This document shows positions 13,449 to 25,520 of a DNA stretch of 64,000 nt, in pieces. Below the pieces are notes generated by a model. The model had not been told where the DNA came from, did not search any database, and saw only the letters and a list, made by a program, of their open reading frames with translations. Where the stretch lies: assembly GCA_050084985.1 (NCBI GenBank), contig JBITNC010000002.1, forward strand, positions 34,224,001-34,288,000. The letters run 5' to 3'. This DNA comes from Nageia nagi. Its lineage: Eukaryota > Plantae > Pinophyta. Both the position numbers and the translations under genes were made by a program. Numbering within the stretch: position 1 is the stretch's first letter; every line of letters begins with the position of its first letter.

Positions 13449-15497
13449 ATGCCACCTAGGAGAGGAGGCAGAGCACCTAGAGGTGCCTATACTCAAATGA
13501 GTAGGCGGATCGAGGATCTGCAGGCCCAAATAATGCGACTAACTGGTGCAATTGAGTGCATGGCAGAGAGAAATATGAATGCCCATCTAGATCCAAGATT
13601 TGATGGTGAAAGTACAGTTGATGAAGTTAGATCTGAGGTTCAGACGGATGCAGAACAAGAAGACCTAATGGGAGACGGTCAATGTTTTGAGAATCGGTTG
13701 ATACGGGCTCTAGAAGGGCTTAAAGGAAATAATGCAAGGATCAAAATCGAGATTCCTGAGTATGCTGGTGGATTAAAACCAAAGGAGTTGATCGATTAGA
13801 GATTGGTGGGATCACCTATAGAATACACGACAAAGGGATGGCAAGGATAAGATTAGAGATTGGGCTAAAATGAAGAAGAAACTAGAAGGGAAATTTGTAC
13901 CTGTAGACTACTCCCAGACCTTATTTCGCCAATTCCAAAATTTGCGACAAAAGGAACGAAGCATTGAGGACTACACCAATGACTTTTATAAGCTTTCCAT
14001 TCGAATAGAACCTAATGAAACAGAGGAGCAAAAGGCTGCAAGATACGTAAATGGTCTGAACTTTGTTATTCAAGATGAAATTAACATGCATCGCACTCCT
14101 ACTGTGGAGGATGCATATCAAATAGCCCTCAAGGCTGAGGAAAAATTGAGAAGGACCAATCGAGGAGGAAAGAAGGGACTCACACCTTCGAATCGGGGGC
14201 GAGGAGGATCTAATTTCTCCAAGGGAGAATCCTCTGTACCCACTAAATAAGAAGAGGTAAACCAAAGTCAGAGAGGAAGGGGATACCCTAGAGGAAGAGG
14301 TAATGGAGGGGGTCAATCTACTACTGGCACATGGAAACCACTCATTTGTTATAGATGTCATGAAGAAGGTCACAAGGCATCTGAATGTCCCAAATATGAT
14401 GTTGAAGAGAGGGGAAATGCTAGGGTTGCTCTAGTTGAAGAAGAAGAAGAGGAGGTTGAAACAGAAGTTTCTGCAGATATGGGTGAGAACCTAATGATAA
14501 GAAGGACCCTGATTGTTCCAAGGGAGGAGAACATGCAAGCTGAGGATAGTGGTAATTGGTTGTTACGTACCAATATATTTCATACAAGATGCACAATAGG
14601 AGGAAAGGTATGTAACATAGTAATTGATGGTGGTAGTTGTGAAAACATGGTTTCTACTGTAATGGTTGATAAGTTGAAACTCAAATGTCAAAAACACCCG
14701 TGTCCATATCGTGTTTCATGGATCAAGAAGGGAAATGAGGTAACTATTGATAAGAGGTGTCTAGTAAAGTTTTCCATTGGGGATACTTATAAAGATGAGG
14801 TATGGTGTGATGTAATTCCCATGGATGCATGTCATATATTATTGGGGAGACCATGGCAGTTTGATAGGAAGACTCATCATGATGGAAGTAAGAACACTTA
14901 CACATTCTGGAAAGATGGTGTAAAGGTGGTTCTTTTACCCCTTAAGGAAGAAGCCCAAGGACACAGCCTTTTGACTGCAAAAAGATTTCTCACAGAAGCA
15001 CGTGAAGTTGGTTGGTGTTATGCATTAACTGCACAAAAGGCAAAAACAAAGGAGATCCTCATACCACCTGTAGTGAGGAAGTTGCTAAAGGAATATGCAG
15101 ATGTCCTACCAGAAGAATTGCCAAATGGACTACCACCAAAGAGGGATATACAACACCATATTGATTTAATCCCAGGATCATCTCTTCCCAATCAAGCAGC
15201 CTATCGGTTGAGCCCAACACAAAATGCTGAAATGAATAAACAAGTAACAGAATTGATACAGAAGGGATTGGTTAGGGAGAGCATGAGTCCTTGTGCAACT
15301 CCTGCACTTTTGACTCCCAAGAAGGATGGCTCATGGCGGATGTGTGTTGATAGCAGGGCCATAAACAAGATCACCATAAGATATAGATTTCCGATGCCAA
15401 GGATTGATGATATGATGGATGTTTTAGATGGATCTAATTACTTTAGTAAGATTGACCTGAGGAGTGGTTATTACCAGATTCGGATTCGAGAGGGTGA
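13449..15497 (+). pseudogene. gag-pol remnant (gag, CCHC zinc knuckle, aspartic protease, first part of RT)
   Basis: Starts MPPRRGGR; frameshifting deletion at ~13797-13801; stops at 13819-13821 and 14248-14250; CYRCHEEGHKASEC at 14347-14388; KKDGSWRMCVDSRAINK and FSKIDLRSGYYQIRIREGD, then an abrupt end. Confidence 0.92.
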
Positions 15498-15511
15498 TTG
15501 TATTTTGTAGA

Positions 15512-15775
15512 TTTAGAAAGTTTCCATTTGTCTATTTTTGGAAAGTTTCTATTTTTAGTAAGTACGAGTTTTTGGATAGTTCGTGATTTTCTGGAAGTGC
15601 AAGTTTTCTCTTGGCTATATGAGCTATTGTAATAGACCTGAAAAAAGGCAGTGCAGATTCAGAAGAATAAAATAAAGTGTGTGTTAAAAAAGGTTATTCT
15701 TCCATTGGTTTGCTTGTTGTGTAAATCAATTACTTTTTGGAGATTTATTTGGATCTTCTAAGGGAATCTGCACCA
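15512..15775 (+). repeat. 5'-truncated 3' LTR (264 bp) of the CRM-type element
   Basis: Matches 13119-13382 with one mismatch by eye (ttgttAtgta vs ttgttGtgta). Confidence 0.95.
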
Positions 15776-18319
15776 TATGTTTCTTAGGATCTACTTCAAT
15801 TATTATTATTGAAATAATAAATCCATGCAATTTACAAGAAAAAACTCTAAATGCATATTTTTAAGGTTTAAATTTCAACTTATACTCTCTCATTCTTTGA
15901 AAAGTTATCCTCAAATCACAAATATGATCACCCTTCTCTCTAGATTTAGCAAAATATAATCAATATAAATCTTAAAACTATTATAAATCATATTATAAAA
16001 CATGTACTACCCATAGCTTTTTGATAATTAGATCCTAAATTCTTCAATCCAAAAGGCATGACCACCCAAAAAAAAACCTTAAGGATTAATAAAAGATGCC
16101 TAATGTTAATTCTCCTTGTTAATCATTATTTGATTGTAGCCAAAAAATGCATCCATGAAATATGAAATCTCATGGCTTGAAATATAATCAATAATCATAT
16201 CAATGTTAAGGAGAAAAAAATACATCTTTTGGGTATGCCTTATTGATATCTCTAAAATTTGTGCAACATCTTATCTATCCATTAGGCTTAGCTATAGGAA
16301 CAATGTAGAAATACAAGGAGAGTAATCAATGGGTACAATAAAATTAACAATAATATATTTTTCTATTTCTTTCTTAATTACCAAATCCACTATAGGATGC
16401 ATCTTTTTAGATTTTTATTGTATAAGATTTGCATTATCATTTACAAGCAAATTACAATTCATAAAATTAGGATCCAAACTAGGAATATCAGAATAGATGC
16501 AAGAGAAAACATCAATAAATCAATCTAAAATAGGTGATATCTTTCCATTTATTTCATAGTTAACCAATGTCCTATCTTGATTAATTCTAGTACCTCCTTG
16601 GTATCGATATTAACATATATTATTACTTCACTCAAATAGGATATTTCATCATCGAGTTGAAGAGTCATAGGCAATTCCCCTAGTCCTAAATTTAAAATTG
16701 ACCATCAAAATCCTAATAATGAAGTAGTGCCACTTGATGTTGAGAAATGTCACTATATAAAGTATTCAAAAGATGTATACAAAAGATGCTCCCTAACTGC
16801 CTAAACCTACTCCTAATTTTATGAAATAAGTAAAAGAGAAAGGTTCAAATAAGTAGGGAAAAACTTACAATATCCTAACCATCCTGATAGACTTCCTCTC
16901 AAAAATAGGTTTGATGAAAAAACATCCACATGATGAATCTATTTCATTGTACTTTGGTAATTCACTCCTAGATCCCATTATTTCTAGAATAGCATCATCA
17001 TTCTAAAAAATATCCACTTTAATAGTAGCATTTGATGGTAAGAATGTATCTAGATAATATGCTTGCAACACTTCACTAGGAGCATTCACCACATTGCAAT
17101 GTAGCCTCTCATAAAATAATAGATGTTTATCATATTGATCCTTCTGCTCAAGTTTTTGAATAATGAATGTAGAAGGTCCTACCTTAAGTGTAGATTTTTC
17201 AAATTTAATTCTAGAGGTTCTCTTATGATGGTCATCATTGGGAATAGGATTGATAATAACTTACCATTCTTACCTAATTATTTAATACCATATTGTTTCT
17301 ATAAATATTTAGTAGCAAAATCATATTCAAAGCTATCAAAATGCATACTTACCTGGCATTTTAGTGCCCCTTGCTAACAAGATTCAAGAATAGGACTCTT
17401 TCTTTCAGGAACTAGTGATGATTGTTTCTCTTTTTCCTATTACAAAATATTAAAATTTGGAATAGAGTATTCAATATATTTAGAGGCTAAGCAACACCAC
17501 TATGAATCATATTTCTTCAAGTGTATTCACTTGATCTGAAGTACAAAAAAGGGTCAACCCAACTCCTTGAAGCTCTACCAAATATCTAAATCTGGAATTT
17601 TATATGTTTCTATATGAATATATTGCAAAGCTATCTCTTGAGAAGATTGAAATACACCCTCTCCATAATCAATTAAATAATAAGGAATAAAAAATATTTG
17701 AGTTGCTTGATATAAATATGTGACATTTTCTTCAACATGAATTACAAAGCTTTTATCTTTATACATGATTTTCACCATTGTATAGAGTGTGGATGTAACT
17801 ACTTAAGCTTATGGATTTAAGTTCTAGAAGTAAAAGTTTATAAGAAAACTTTTTTGAAATACATTAACTTTTCCAGTAATATATTTTCCTCCCACTTCAA
17901 TACATATAGAAATATAACCAATGCATTCTTTTTCATTATTATCAGAGCCTTTAATACTAATACAAGTTCTTTTCATATTTTCATAAATAAATCAACAAAA
18001 TAAGGATCAACATTTGAACTTGTATATGTCAATATTTTCTTAACAACAATATCATTCAACATTTACATGAATATATAATCCTAAATTCTTTTCAATAACG
18101 TCTTCACTAGGCACTATTCAATGTTCTTTTTAGAAAGCATTGTTGCTCAATGTGAAGTGTACCACTCAATGTTCTTTTTAGAAATATTCATATCCTTTAT
18201 CATCATCAAGTATTCCTCCTTATAGCTAATATTATTGCACATGATGAAATAAAATATCACATAAATGTAATATTTAAAGTATAAAGAATTAAGATGTGAT
18301 ACATGGCATTGAGAAACAT

Positions 18320-18622
18320 CGATCGATAGAACCAATATGTTTACGACCTATCAAGGATTTTGGATCATGTCATGATTTCACATGCATAAGCATTCCACCT
18401 TTATAGATATTAGGTATAGTGCCAAGGCTCCTCCTTAGGCTTATGGTGCATAAGTGCTAAGAATCCTTCATGCCTATCTCTGGGCCGACATGTTATTATA
18501 AAACATAAAGGTAGTGACTATGCACAATTAAAAGAGCATTAAATCACTAAAATAAATAAATCATTTCAAATAGCTAAAAGGTATATTTTAATTTATTTAA
18601 AATTCCTTTTTAGGTGTTAATA
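18320..18622 (-). repeat. 5' LTR remnant of the Tat element
   Basis: Direct repeat of 9600-9904; no PBS or gag recognisable next to it, so probably deleted internally. Confidence 0.75.
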
Positions 18623-18893
18623 GCTAAACTAATAAATAATTATATTTTCATATAAAATATCAATTTTCAATACTTATAAAGCATATAAAAAATAATTCAA
18701 AGAAACATATTACATATAAATAAACTTGGATAAAAATGATTGATGATTAGATAGGATATACATTTGATAATATCACTAAATTCATTTTAGAGCATTTGGT
18801 GTCTTGGGATATCGATTAAAAAAGATTTTACCAAGTACCTTGAAATTTTTTTTTAGAGAATATACACTTGATATACAAAATGATACCTTATAA

Positions 18894-20164
18894 CACTACT
18901 ATAAAAATGTGAATTGACGTTAGGGAGGGCATTAGAATTTATTTTCATATTTTGATAGCCTTAGCATTAGAATGGCATCATGTTTTTCACCTTTTTGAAT
19001 TTTTAATACTATTTTTATGCATTTATTGATGTTATTTCTAACATTATTTATGATGTTATTTTTGATATTATTTTTAATGTTATTTCTAATACAATTTTTG
19101 ATGTCATTTTTTATGCTAAAGTTGATGCCAAATTGTAACATTTATGGCATTAGGAGGCATTTGAAATAAGAAAAATGAGCATAGATATCATCAAGAAATA
19201 CATATCAATTATCTAGAATTTAATATAATCAGATGGCTATAACTACATTGCACTCAAATCAATAAGAATCTTTAAAATTAAATTTCTATAAATTTTATAG
19301 TTGTGAATGGTTTCCTATATATGCATGAAAAATGTGAGTGTAGAGAAGGTATAAGAATTATCAACTATGAAATTTTGGTATATACTTATGAATTTTTTGA
19401 TATTATGACTTAATGAGATATCCTTTCATGGAATATGATAAATACAAGTTACCAAAGACATGGATTTCCTTGATAGGCATTGATACTTTTTCATGAAATG
19501 CAACAAACAACAATAATAGTCTAACCAAATTAATCCACCTTTTCCATCATCCTCATATTATACATAAAATTAGATTATTTACAATAGGGTTTATACATAC
19601 AACAGACACTCTATAAAACAAGATTTGTAGCAAATTTTATGATTTTGAATTCCATGATAGACATGTATGAAAAAAGTGGAAGTGTAGAGAAGGCATGCAA
19701 ATTATTTTACAAGATGAACGATATAAAGATAGTTTTATCATTTATAATAATTGGATGATATGCAATCCATGGATACAAAAAGAATACGCTTAAACTCTTT
19801 GATCTAATAAAGCACTTGGAATAAATCCTAACAAAATACCTTGTGTATATAGTGCATACCGATTATGTATATTGACTATTTAGATGTTATCTTTGATGCC
19901 ATAGTTTATGCTAGGGATGATGCTATTGTTGACATCATCTTTTTTTTATTTGATGCTAAACCTAATATCACTTACTACTAATTATTATATCATTTTTTAT
20001 TTTCTAATATTATATCTGATGCCAAGTGCCACTAAATTTGATGCCAAAGATCATTTTTTGTATGCCAACTAGGACACTATTTCTAACCTAAAATCAATTT
20101 TTTTAGAAAAATACACTACGTACTAACACCATTTTTTATGCTAAATGGATTGAATTTAGTAGTG
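18894..20164. mobile_element. Non-autonomous CACTA (En/Spm) element carrying a PPR fragment (Pack-CACTA)
   Basis: Starts CACTACTA at 18894 and ends TAGTAGTG at 20164; 3 bp TSD TAA (18891-18893, 20165-20167); TGATGCC/TGATGTT-type subterminal repeats at ~18960-19150 and ~19890-20070; no transposase. Confidence 0.8.
19270..19840 (+). pseudogene. PLS-class pentatricopeptide repeat (PPR) gene fragment
   Basis: DILSWNMI...ALILFHEMQ and NSMIDMYEKSGSVEKACKLFYKM (19651-19716)...YAIHGYKKNTLKLFDLIK; several stops. Confidence 0.85.
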
Positions 20165-20953
20165 TAAATGAGGCATATATATTAATTCTCTCTCTATCTA
20201 TATGTAGGAAAGCAAAGCTAATAGGTAGGCATGGTAAATATAATATAAATTAGGGTAAAAAATGTTAAAAATAAAGAATTTATTATCAAAATAATATATA
20301 CATGTATAATTTGTAAAGAAACAAAAAAAAAACTAAGTTATATGTATAAAAATAAAAAATTTTGCCATTTTTAAGAGAGACGAGGTGATGGTTATAAGAA
20401 GATATATATATATGGATGAATAATGAACATTATAAAATAAAATAAAAAGCCTATGCACTAATATGGTAAACAAAGGGAATATATACAAAAGAGAAATAAT
20501 GAATATGATCATAAGATAAGAGAAATGAAGGAAATGTAATTAAATAAAGTTTTAAATATATAAAAAATAATAATGAAAATGGAAGAACAAATAAAATTAA
20601 AATAAGAAATAAAAGTGGATCATCGATGGTCTTACGTATTTGTAAATAATAAATAAATAAGGTTAATAGGAGAAAACTGAATGCATTAGAATATAGAATT
20701 AGAAATAGAGAAGCCTAATGAAAGGGAGGGATTAATCTATAATTTTACTAGATAAAAAAAAAATATCATTAAATGTCCTAAATAATACACACATAATAGT
20801 TAGAACCACTAATGATGGTAAATCTATTATTTAAGAATCTCAAAGAGATATAAGAAAAGATAAAATAATTAGACCCTCTAAAATATATCTTATAATGACA
20901 TATAAGAAAGAAGAAATAAGTGATAATAATTGTATCATCATCCAAATATGATT

Positions 20954-21750
20954 AGTAAAGCCTAGCTATCTATGATATTTTTGGTTCCTTACATACAGAT
21001 TTCATCATTCTTATCTTTTAGTAGTTCTTGAAATTTTAACTTGAATAGATTTAGTATTATGAAATAATGAAATAGAATATTTAAAAATAAAATACTAAAA
21101 TAGGAGAGAAAATATCATCATGAAAACACCCAATTTACTTTGGGTAACTTAAGTAACCAAAGAAAGCTAATAACCAAAAGCTCTCCTCTTAGTGAATAGG
21201 AATGGAAGTACAATCATACTTCTCCTCTAAAAGGCTTTACAATTTGCAAGGTATGATGCTTATTTAATCTCAAATGGGAGAAAAAATGCCAAGCATAGCC
21301 TTAAAAAAATAATTTTACACTTAAATCTCTATTAGTATTATCACAACCTTCCTTATGTCTTTCACATACTCTTTTTCTCTTTAGAATTTCCCCTTCCAAA
21401 TAGCTTCATTTATAGTAGTTTTGTAGGCTAAAATTAAAAATAGTATAGTTAAGAAGTTATAATAAATTTATTTCCAATACATAGTGTGATCTTATTTGAT
21501 CATGTGGTTTTGATTTTAGCTTAAAAATATAACCCAATATCCTAAAATAAGCTTTGGGGTATAAAAATAGTGCTCTCTAGATTTACATAGTCTCAAAAAA
21601 TAATAATAACAAAATAAATAACACTTAAAAATCAATCCCATAACAAATATAGGGTGCCTCTAATCAAAACATAACATGTACCAATCAAAAATATAAAGAG
21701 AGGATTAAATGTCATGTTCTCACCATGCATTGGGAAGGGGTAATATCAAT
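20954..21750 (-). repeat. First piece of the split 3' LTR of a Ty3/gypsy element
   Basis: Colinear with 42778-43560 (ttggttccttacat, aaaatatcatcatga, ctcctctaaaagg, ctctctagatttaca, aaaaatcaat); breaks at taatatcaat, where the MULE begins. Confidence 0.85.
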
Positions 21751-22835
21751 AGGCACTAACTATCTAGCTTGTAGAATTCCCCCTGCACTCTAGCATGTTG
21801 TGCCATCCGTTTGCATGCATGAACCACCAAGCCATGCTATGGGGTTATATGCACTTCAATTATCCTAGCCTATACAAGCTTCATTTAACCCTCCATGCAC
21901 ATGGGTCATCAGGTCATACCTCTCATGGTATGCCATGTGGGGTTAATCAAACTTCATATAGCCTATATGCTTTTCAATGTATGCTCTAAACATTGTTTGA
22001 TTAGTTCACTATTCATATTAGTGAGTGTGTCAATAATTTTTGATTAAACTATTATGTTAAATGACCAATTTGGACTAAGTATTGTTCTATTAACTCTAAA
22101 ATCAATGATGCTCGATTAACCCTTGATATCAATGATGTTTGATTATCTTATGTTCACCACCTTGAATGTCTATATCACATATTGAGAATATCATTAATGG
22201 TCTAGATTAATTGAATTGTATTTATGTGGGTTAAACATAGGTTGATTAACCCATACATCACATCACCCCACCACTAATTTATAACATCGCCAAACATCAT
22301 ACTCAAAAATGCCAAAGCAAAGGTTAATCAAAATTCAATTAGATAACTACATTTAATTCATGAGCTAATCAAACTATATTTATTTAGGTTATACATAGGT
22401 TGACTAACTCATAATTCATATTATCCTACCTCCATTTTTAATGTCAAAAATCATTGTAAATGCATTTGTTAATGTGAATGTTAATGGAACTTTAGTTAAA
22501 CTCTAAACGCAAGTCAATTAACCTCTTACCCATATGGCTAAACACATGTGAAGGTCCAATAGTTATATATGAGGGTTAAACAAAGTTTAATTATCCCCCT
22601 TTATATCAAAAATTGGTCATTCTCTTTCACATTATTTTGTGCATGGTTGGATGTGGATGTTGAAGGGAGTTCTAGGACATATAGCGAATCTCAATACCAA
22701 GTAGTTTTTTTCAATTCTTGGGCTCTATTTGTTCATTTTACAATACACAAATATTTAGGAACATCCTAGGATTTAGTTTTTGTTCATAATTTTCATGTTG
22801 CACTACATGAAATTCTACTTATAGTTTGTCAAAAA
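21751..22835 (+). repeat. Left terminal inverted repeat of the MULE
   Basis: Reverse-complement match to 37455-38548, e.g. tgaccaatttggactaag, tgatgtttgattatct, tatcattaatgg, tatttatgtgggttaaa; ORF-track peptides at 21795-21989(+) and 38315-38560(-) are homologous. Confidence 0.9.
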
Positions 22836-22982
22836 ACTCTTATAGTTTTTTTCATGTATGTGTTTTGCATTGCTTGTATTTCAATTATCCTCTTCCCAAT
22901 TTTGAAAACATACTGAGATTTAGGTATCTAGTTATGCTCAGCACTTGGGTATTTTAAAATGTACTTTTAAAATACTTTTTAT

Positions 22983-23660
22983 CACTAATAATAATCTCCA
23001 TAAGAATATTCTTCATGTTTGAAATGATGCAATCGATTCACATCCCTCACAACACTATCTCTTGCAACAATCTTGGATATAAACTTGGTTGTAGTGTCAT
23101 AGTCATTGCATACTCAAATATTCTTCATAACTCTAATAATGGTTCTAGGGGGATTCTTCATCATTATCCTTGACATCTTGTAATGTAGGTATTGTATTTG
23201 CAATAGGAATATACCCTCCATCCTTCATCTCACTTGATAATTTCTCTAATCATCAATAGATGTTCTATGTTTGTAAAGGATTTTCACTATGCACATGGTG
23301 AACAAACATGCCTATAACCGTAATCTAATAGTATGAAAAAATAGTTTCAAACCCTTCTCATTAGAAAAAATAGTTTTAGGGCCTCTTGGCAATTATAATT
23401 CTATAAACACCCAGATATCATTGCATTCCACAATACAACATCTCTTACAAGCATCAAATTGAAAATTTGTAATGCATCAACTAAGCTATTACATTTACTG
23501 TAAGTATCCATTAGACCATTTTGCATAAAAATATTATATTCGAATGATTTTATAATCATATGTTCATGGACCAACTTACAGATTTCCATGGCTCCTAGAT
23601 CAAAATAGGAAAGAAGTACACCAATAAAAATATACCTTTCCAGAATTATGCCCATATTTA
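22983..23660 (-). pseudogene. PPR-DYW pseudogene fragment (PLS repeats, E+ region, DYW C-terminus)
   Basis: NGLMDTYSKCNSLVDALQIFNLMLVRDVVLWNAMISG; LEKLSSEMKDGGYIP; RTIIRVMKNI*VCNDYDTTTKFISKIVARDSVVRDVNRLHHFKHEEYSYGDY. Confidence 0.9.
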
Positions 23661-23699
23661 GCATTAAACAAAAAAAGTTTCAAAAAATTACTCTAGTAG

Positions 23700-25520
23700 A
23701 CAAAGTAACATAGGAATATCATAGGTTGTGAAATCAAAAAATTACTCTCCACTTACCTAGGAATGCCCCTCTTCCAAGGTCAGACTAACCTAGAACTTTG
23801 TAACTCTCTAATTGATAGATTCAATAAATAACTTGCATGTTGGAAAGGTAACCTTCTTAGTCTTCTAGGACAATGTTAGCTTCTTAAAATGAATCTCCAA
23901 TCCATACCTTTATATATGCTTTCATTGTTCAAAATCCCTAGTAAAATGATGAAGTCATTAGAAAATAAACAAGAACAACTTCCTATAGATAGGAACAGAA
24001 GAAAAAGCAAGAATACATCTACTCAAATGGGAGCATGCCTACTTACCAAAAGCAAAAAGAGGTTTAGGATTAAGAAGATTAGAAGCTCTCAAAAAAGTAA
24101 TAGCTATATATTTAGTATGAAGAATTATTAAGGAACAAGAAATACCATGGGCTAACCTACTCCTAAAGAAGTATGTTACAGTTGAGGACCATGTGACCAT
24201 TCTAAATATCCCCTTAGTCCAAGGAGGTTCAATCATATGGAATCATATCGTTAAAGGGACCAACAACATAAAATAAGGATTAGGATGAATGAGAGGAGGA
24301 GGTACATAAGACAAATTATAGGAAGATAAAATGAAGGATTATACTCCTATAAATAAGAACCAATAACTTGGATAACTCAAATGATTCCTCTGAGAAGAAT
24401 GGTGAACCACATTTGATAAATATATAATAGACATATAAAATAGATTCATGAAGAATATGTTGCACATCCTCCATGAAAAACTTAAGGGTTTCCATAGCCC
24501 CACAAAGATATAACTAACCATTTAATATGGATTCACTCTAACTTAGGTTGTTATAAAGCGGGTAGTGGATACCTACAAGTTATGGATATTCAAGAAAACA
24601 AAATAAATTTGAGAAAATTATGGTCTATCTATTGCATTACAAAAATTAAATTATTCACATGGTTAGATTTGCAAAATAATATTTTGACCAAGGACAACCT
24701 CACACAAAGAGGATTCAAAGGCCTAAAAACATGTAGTTTATACAGGAAAGAGGAAGAAAGTGTGAACCACATCTTCATAAAAGGCTCTTATACCCAAGAA
24801 GTATGGACATAATGGATTAAGGATTTAAATGCAATATGGGTTATGATAGATAATCTAATAGACTAGTTTTTTCAATGAAGAAATCCCCTCAACAAAAATA
24901 AAGCACTTTAGAACTAAGCAATGCCAACATTCATATGGACCATTTGGATGTAAAGGAACAACAATATCATCAAATATTCTTACAAGAACCCAATGGAACT
25001 CTACAATATCCTTAAATCAAGATAGAGGAATAATTAATCCTATAATTAAAGAAAGAATTCAAATTAGAGAAGGTAAGAATAGAATCAAAAAATACCACAT
25101 GGTGATACCCACCTTTAAGTTGGATCAAGCTAAATTTCGATGGAGCCTCTAAGGGAAACCAAGGGAGAGTAGGCAAAGGAGTAATGATTATAAATAATGA
25201 AGGTAAAGAAATATGCATGTATGTAGAACCATAAAGTATTATCTTTAGAAACCAAGATGACTCCAATGTAATCTTTATAAGGATTAACTTAGCCAAAAGA
25301 CTCAAATGCGAAAAGGTCATTATTGAAGGAGATTCTCTTAACATTATCAAAGGATTGAACAATACAACAATAATAAAATAAAACATCCAAAACATAATGA
25401 AGGATGCAAACACAAAATATTTATCCTTTAAAGAGTATAAGGCAAAGCATATCTATAGAGAAGGCAATACCATGGTAAATAGACTTGCCAATACAGGCTT
25501 TAGATTACAATATAATATGG
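23700..25520 (+). mobile_element. 5'-truncated L1-type LINE: end of RT, zf-RVT, RNase H
   Basis: YLGMPLF (~23755), SIPLYMLSLFKIP, KIKLFTWL..QNNILTKDNL..RGF, WIKLNFDGASKGNQG (~25120), IIEGDSLNII, HIYREGN. Confidence 0.88.

Larger units (their letters stand above)
12792..15775 (+). mobile_element. Young Ty3/gypsy chromovirus of the CRM (centromeric retrotransposon) type, internally deleted
   Basis: Termini TGATGCA...TGCACCA; 5 bp TSD TATGT at 12787-12791 and 15776-15780; PBS-Met; gag, zinc knuckle, protease and RT N-terminus with CRM-type motifs (CNIVIDGGSCENMVS, DEVWCDVIPMDACHILLGRPWQFDR). Confidence 0.95.
9600..18622 (-). mobile_element. Old Ty3/gypsy LTR retrotransposon, Tat/Ogre lineage, decayed and interrupted by a younger element
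   Basis: Direct-repeat LTR remnants at ~9600-9904 and ~18320-18622; minus-strand PPT AAAGTGGGGCATC (9905-9917) abuts the left LTR. Domains: protease remnants ~17750-17950, RT ~15780-16500 continuing at 12550-12790, RNase H (KRATKWIMLLQEF), extra RNase H CTNNMVKYEALILGL...IFGDSQL (~11870-11980), integrase ~10900-11400. Confidence 0.85.

Noticed and set aside
13921-14573. Antisense ORFs of 150 and 67 aa
   Set aside because: They are shadows of the gag frame on the opposite strand with no recognisable motifs
21795-21989. Homologous small ORFs at 21795-21989(+) and 38315-38560(-) as a gene pair
   Set aside because: The similarity follows from their position in the inverted repeats; there is no sign of coding constraint
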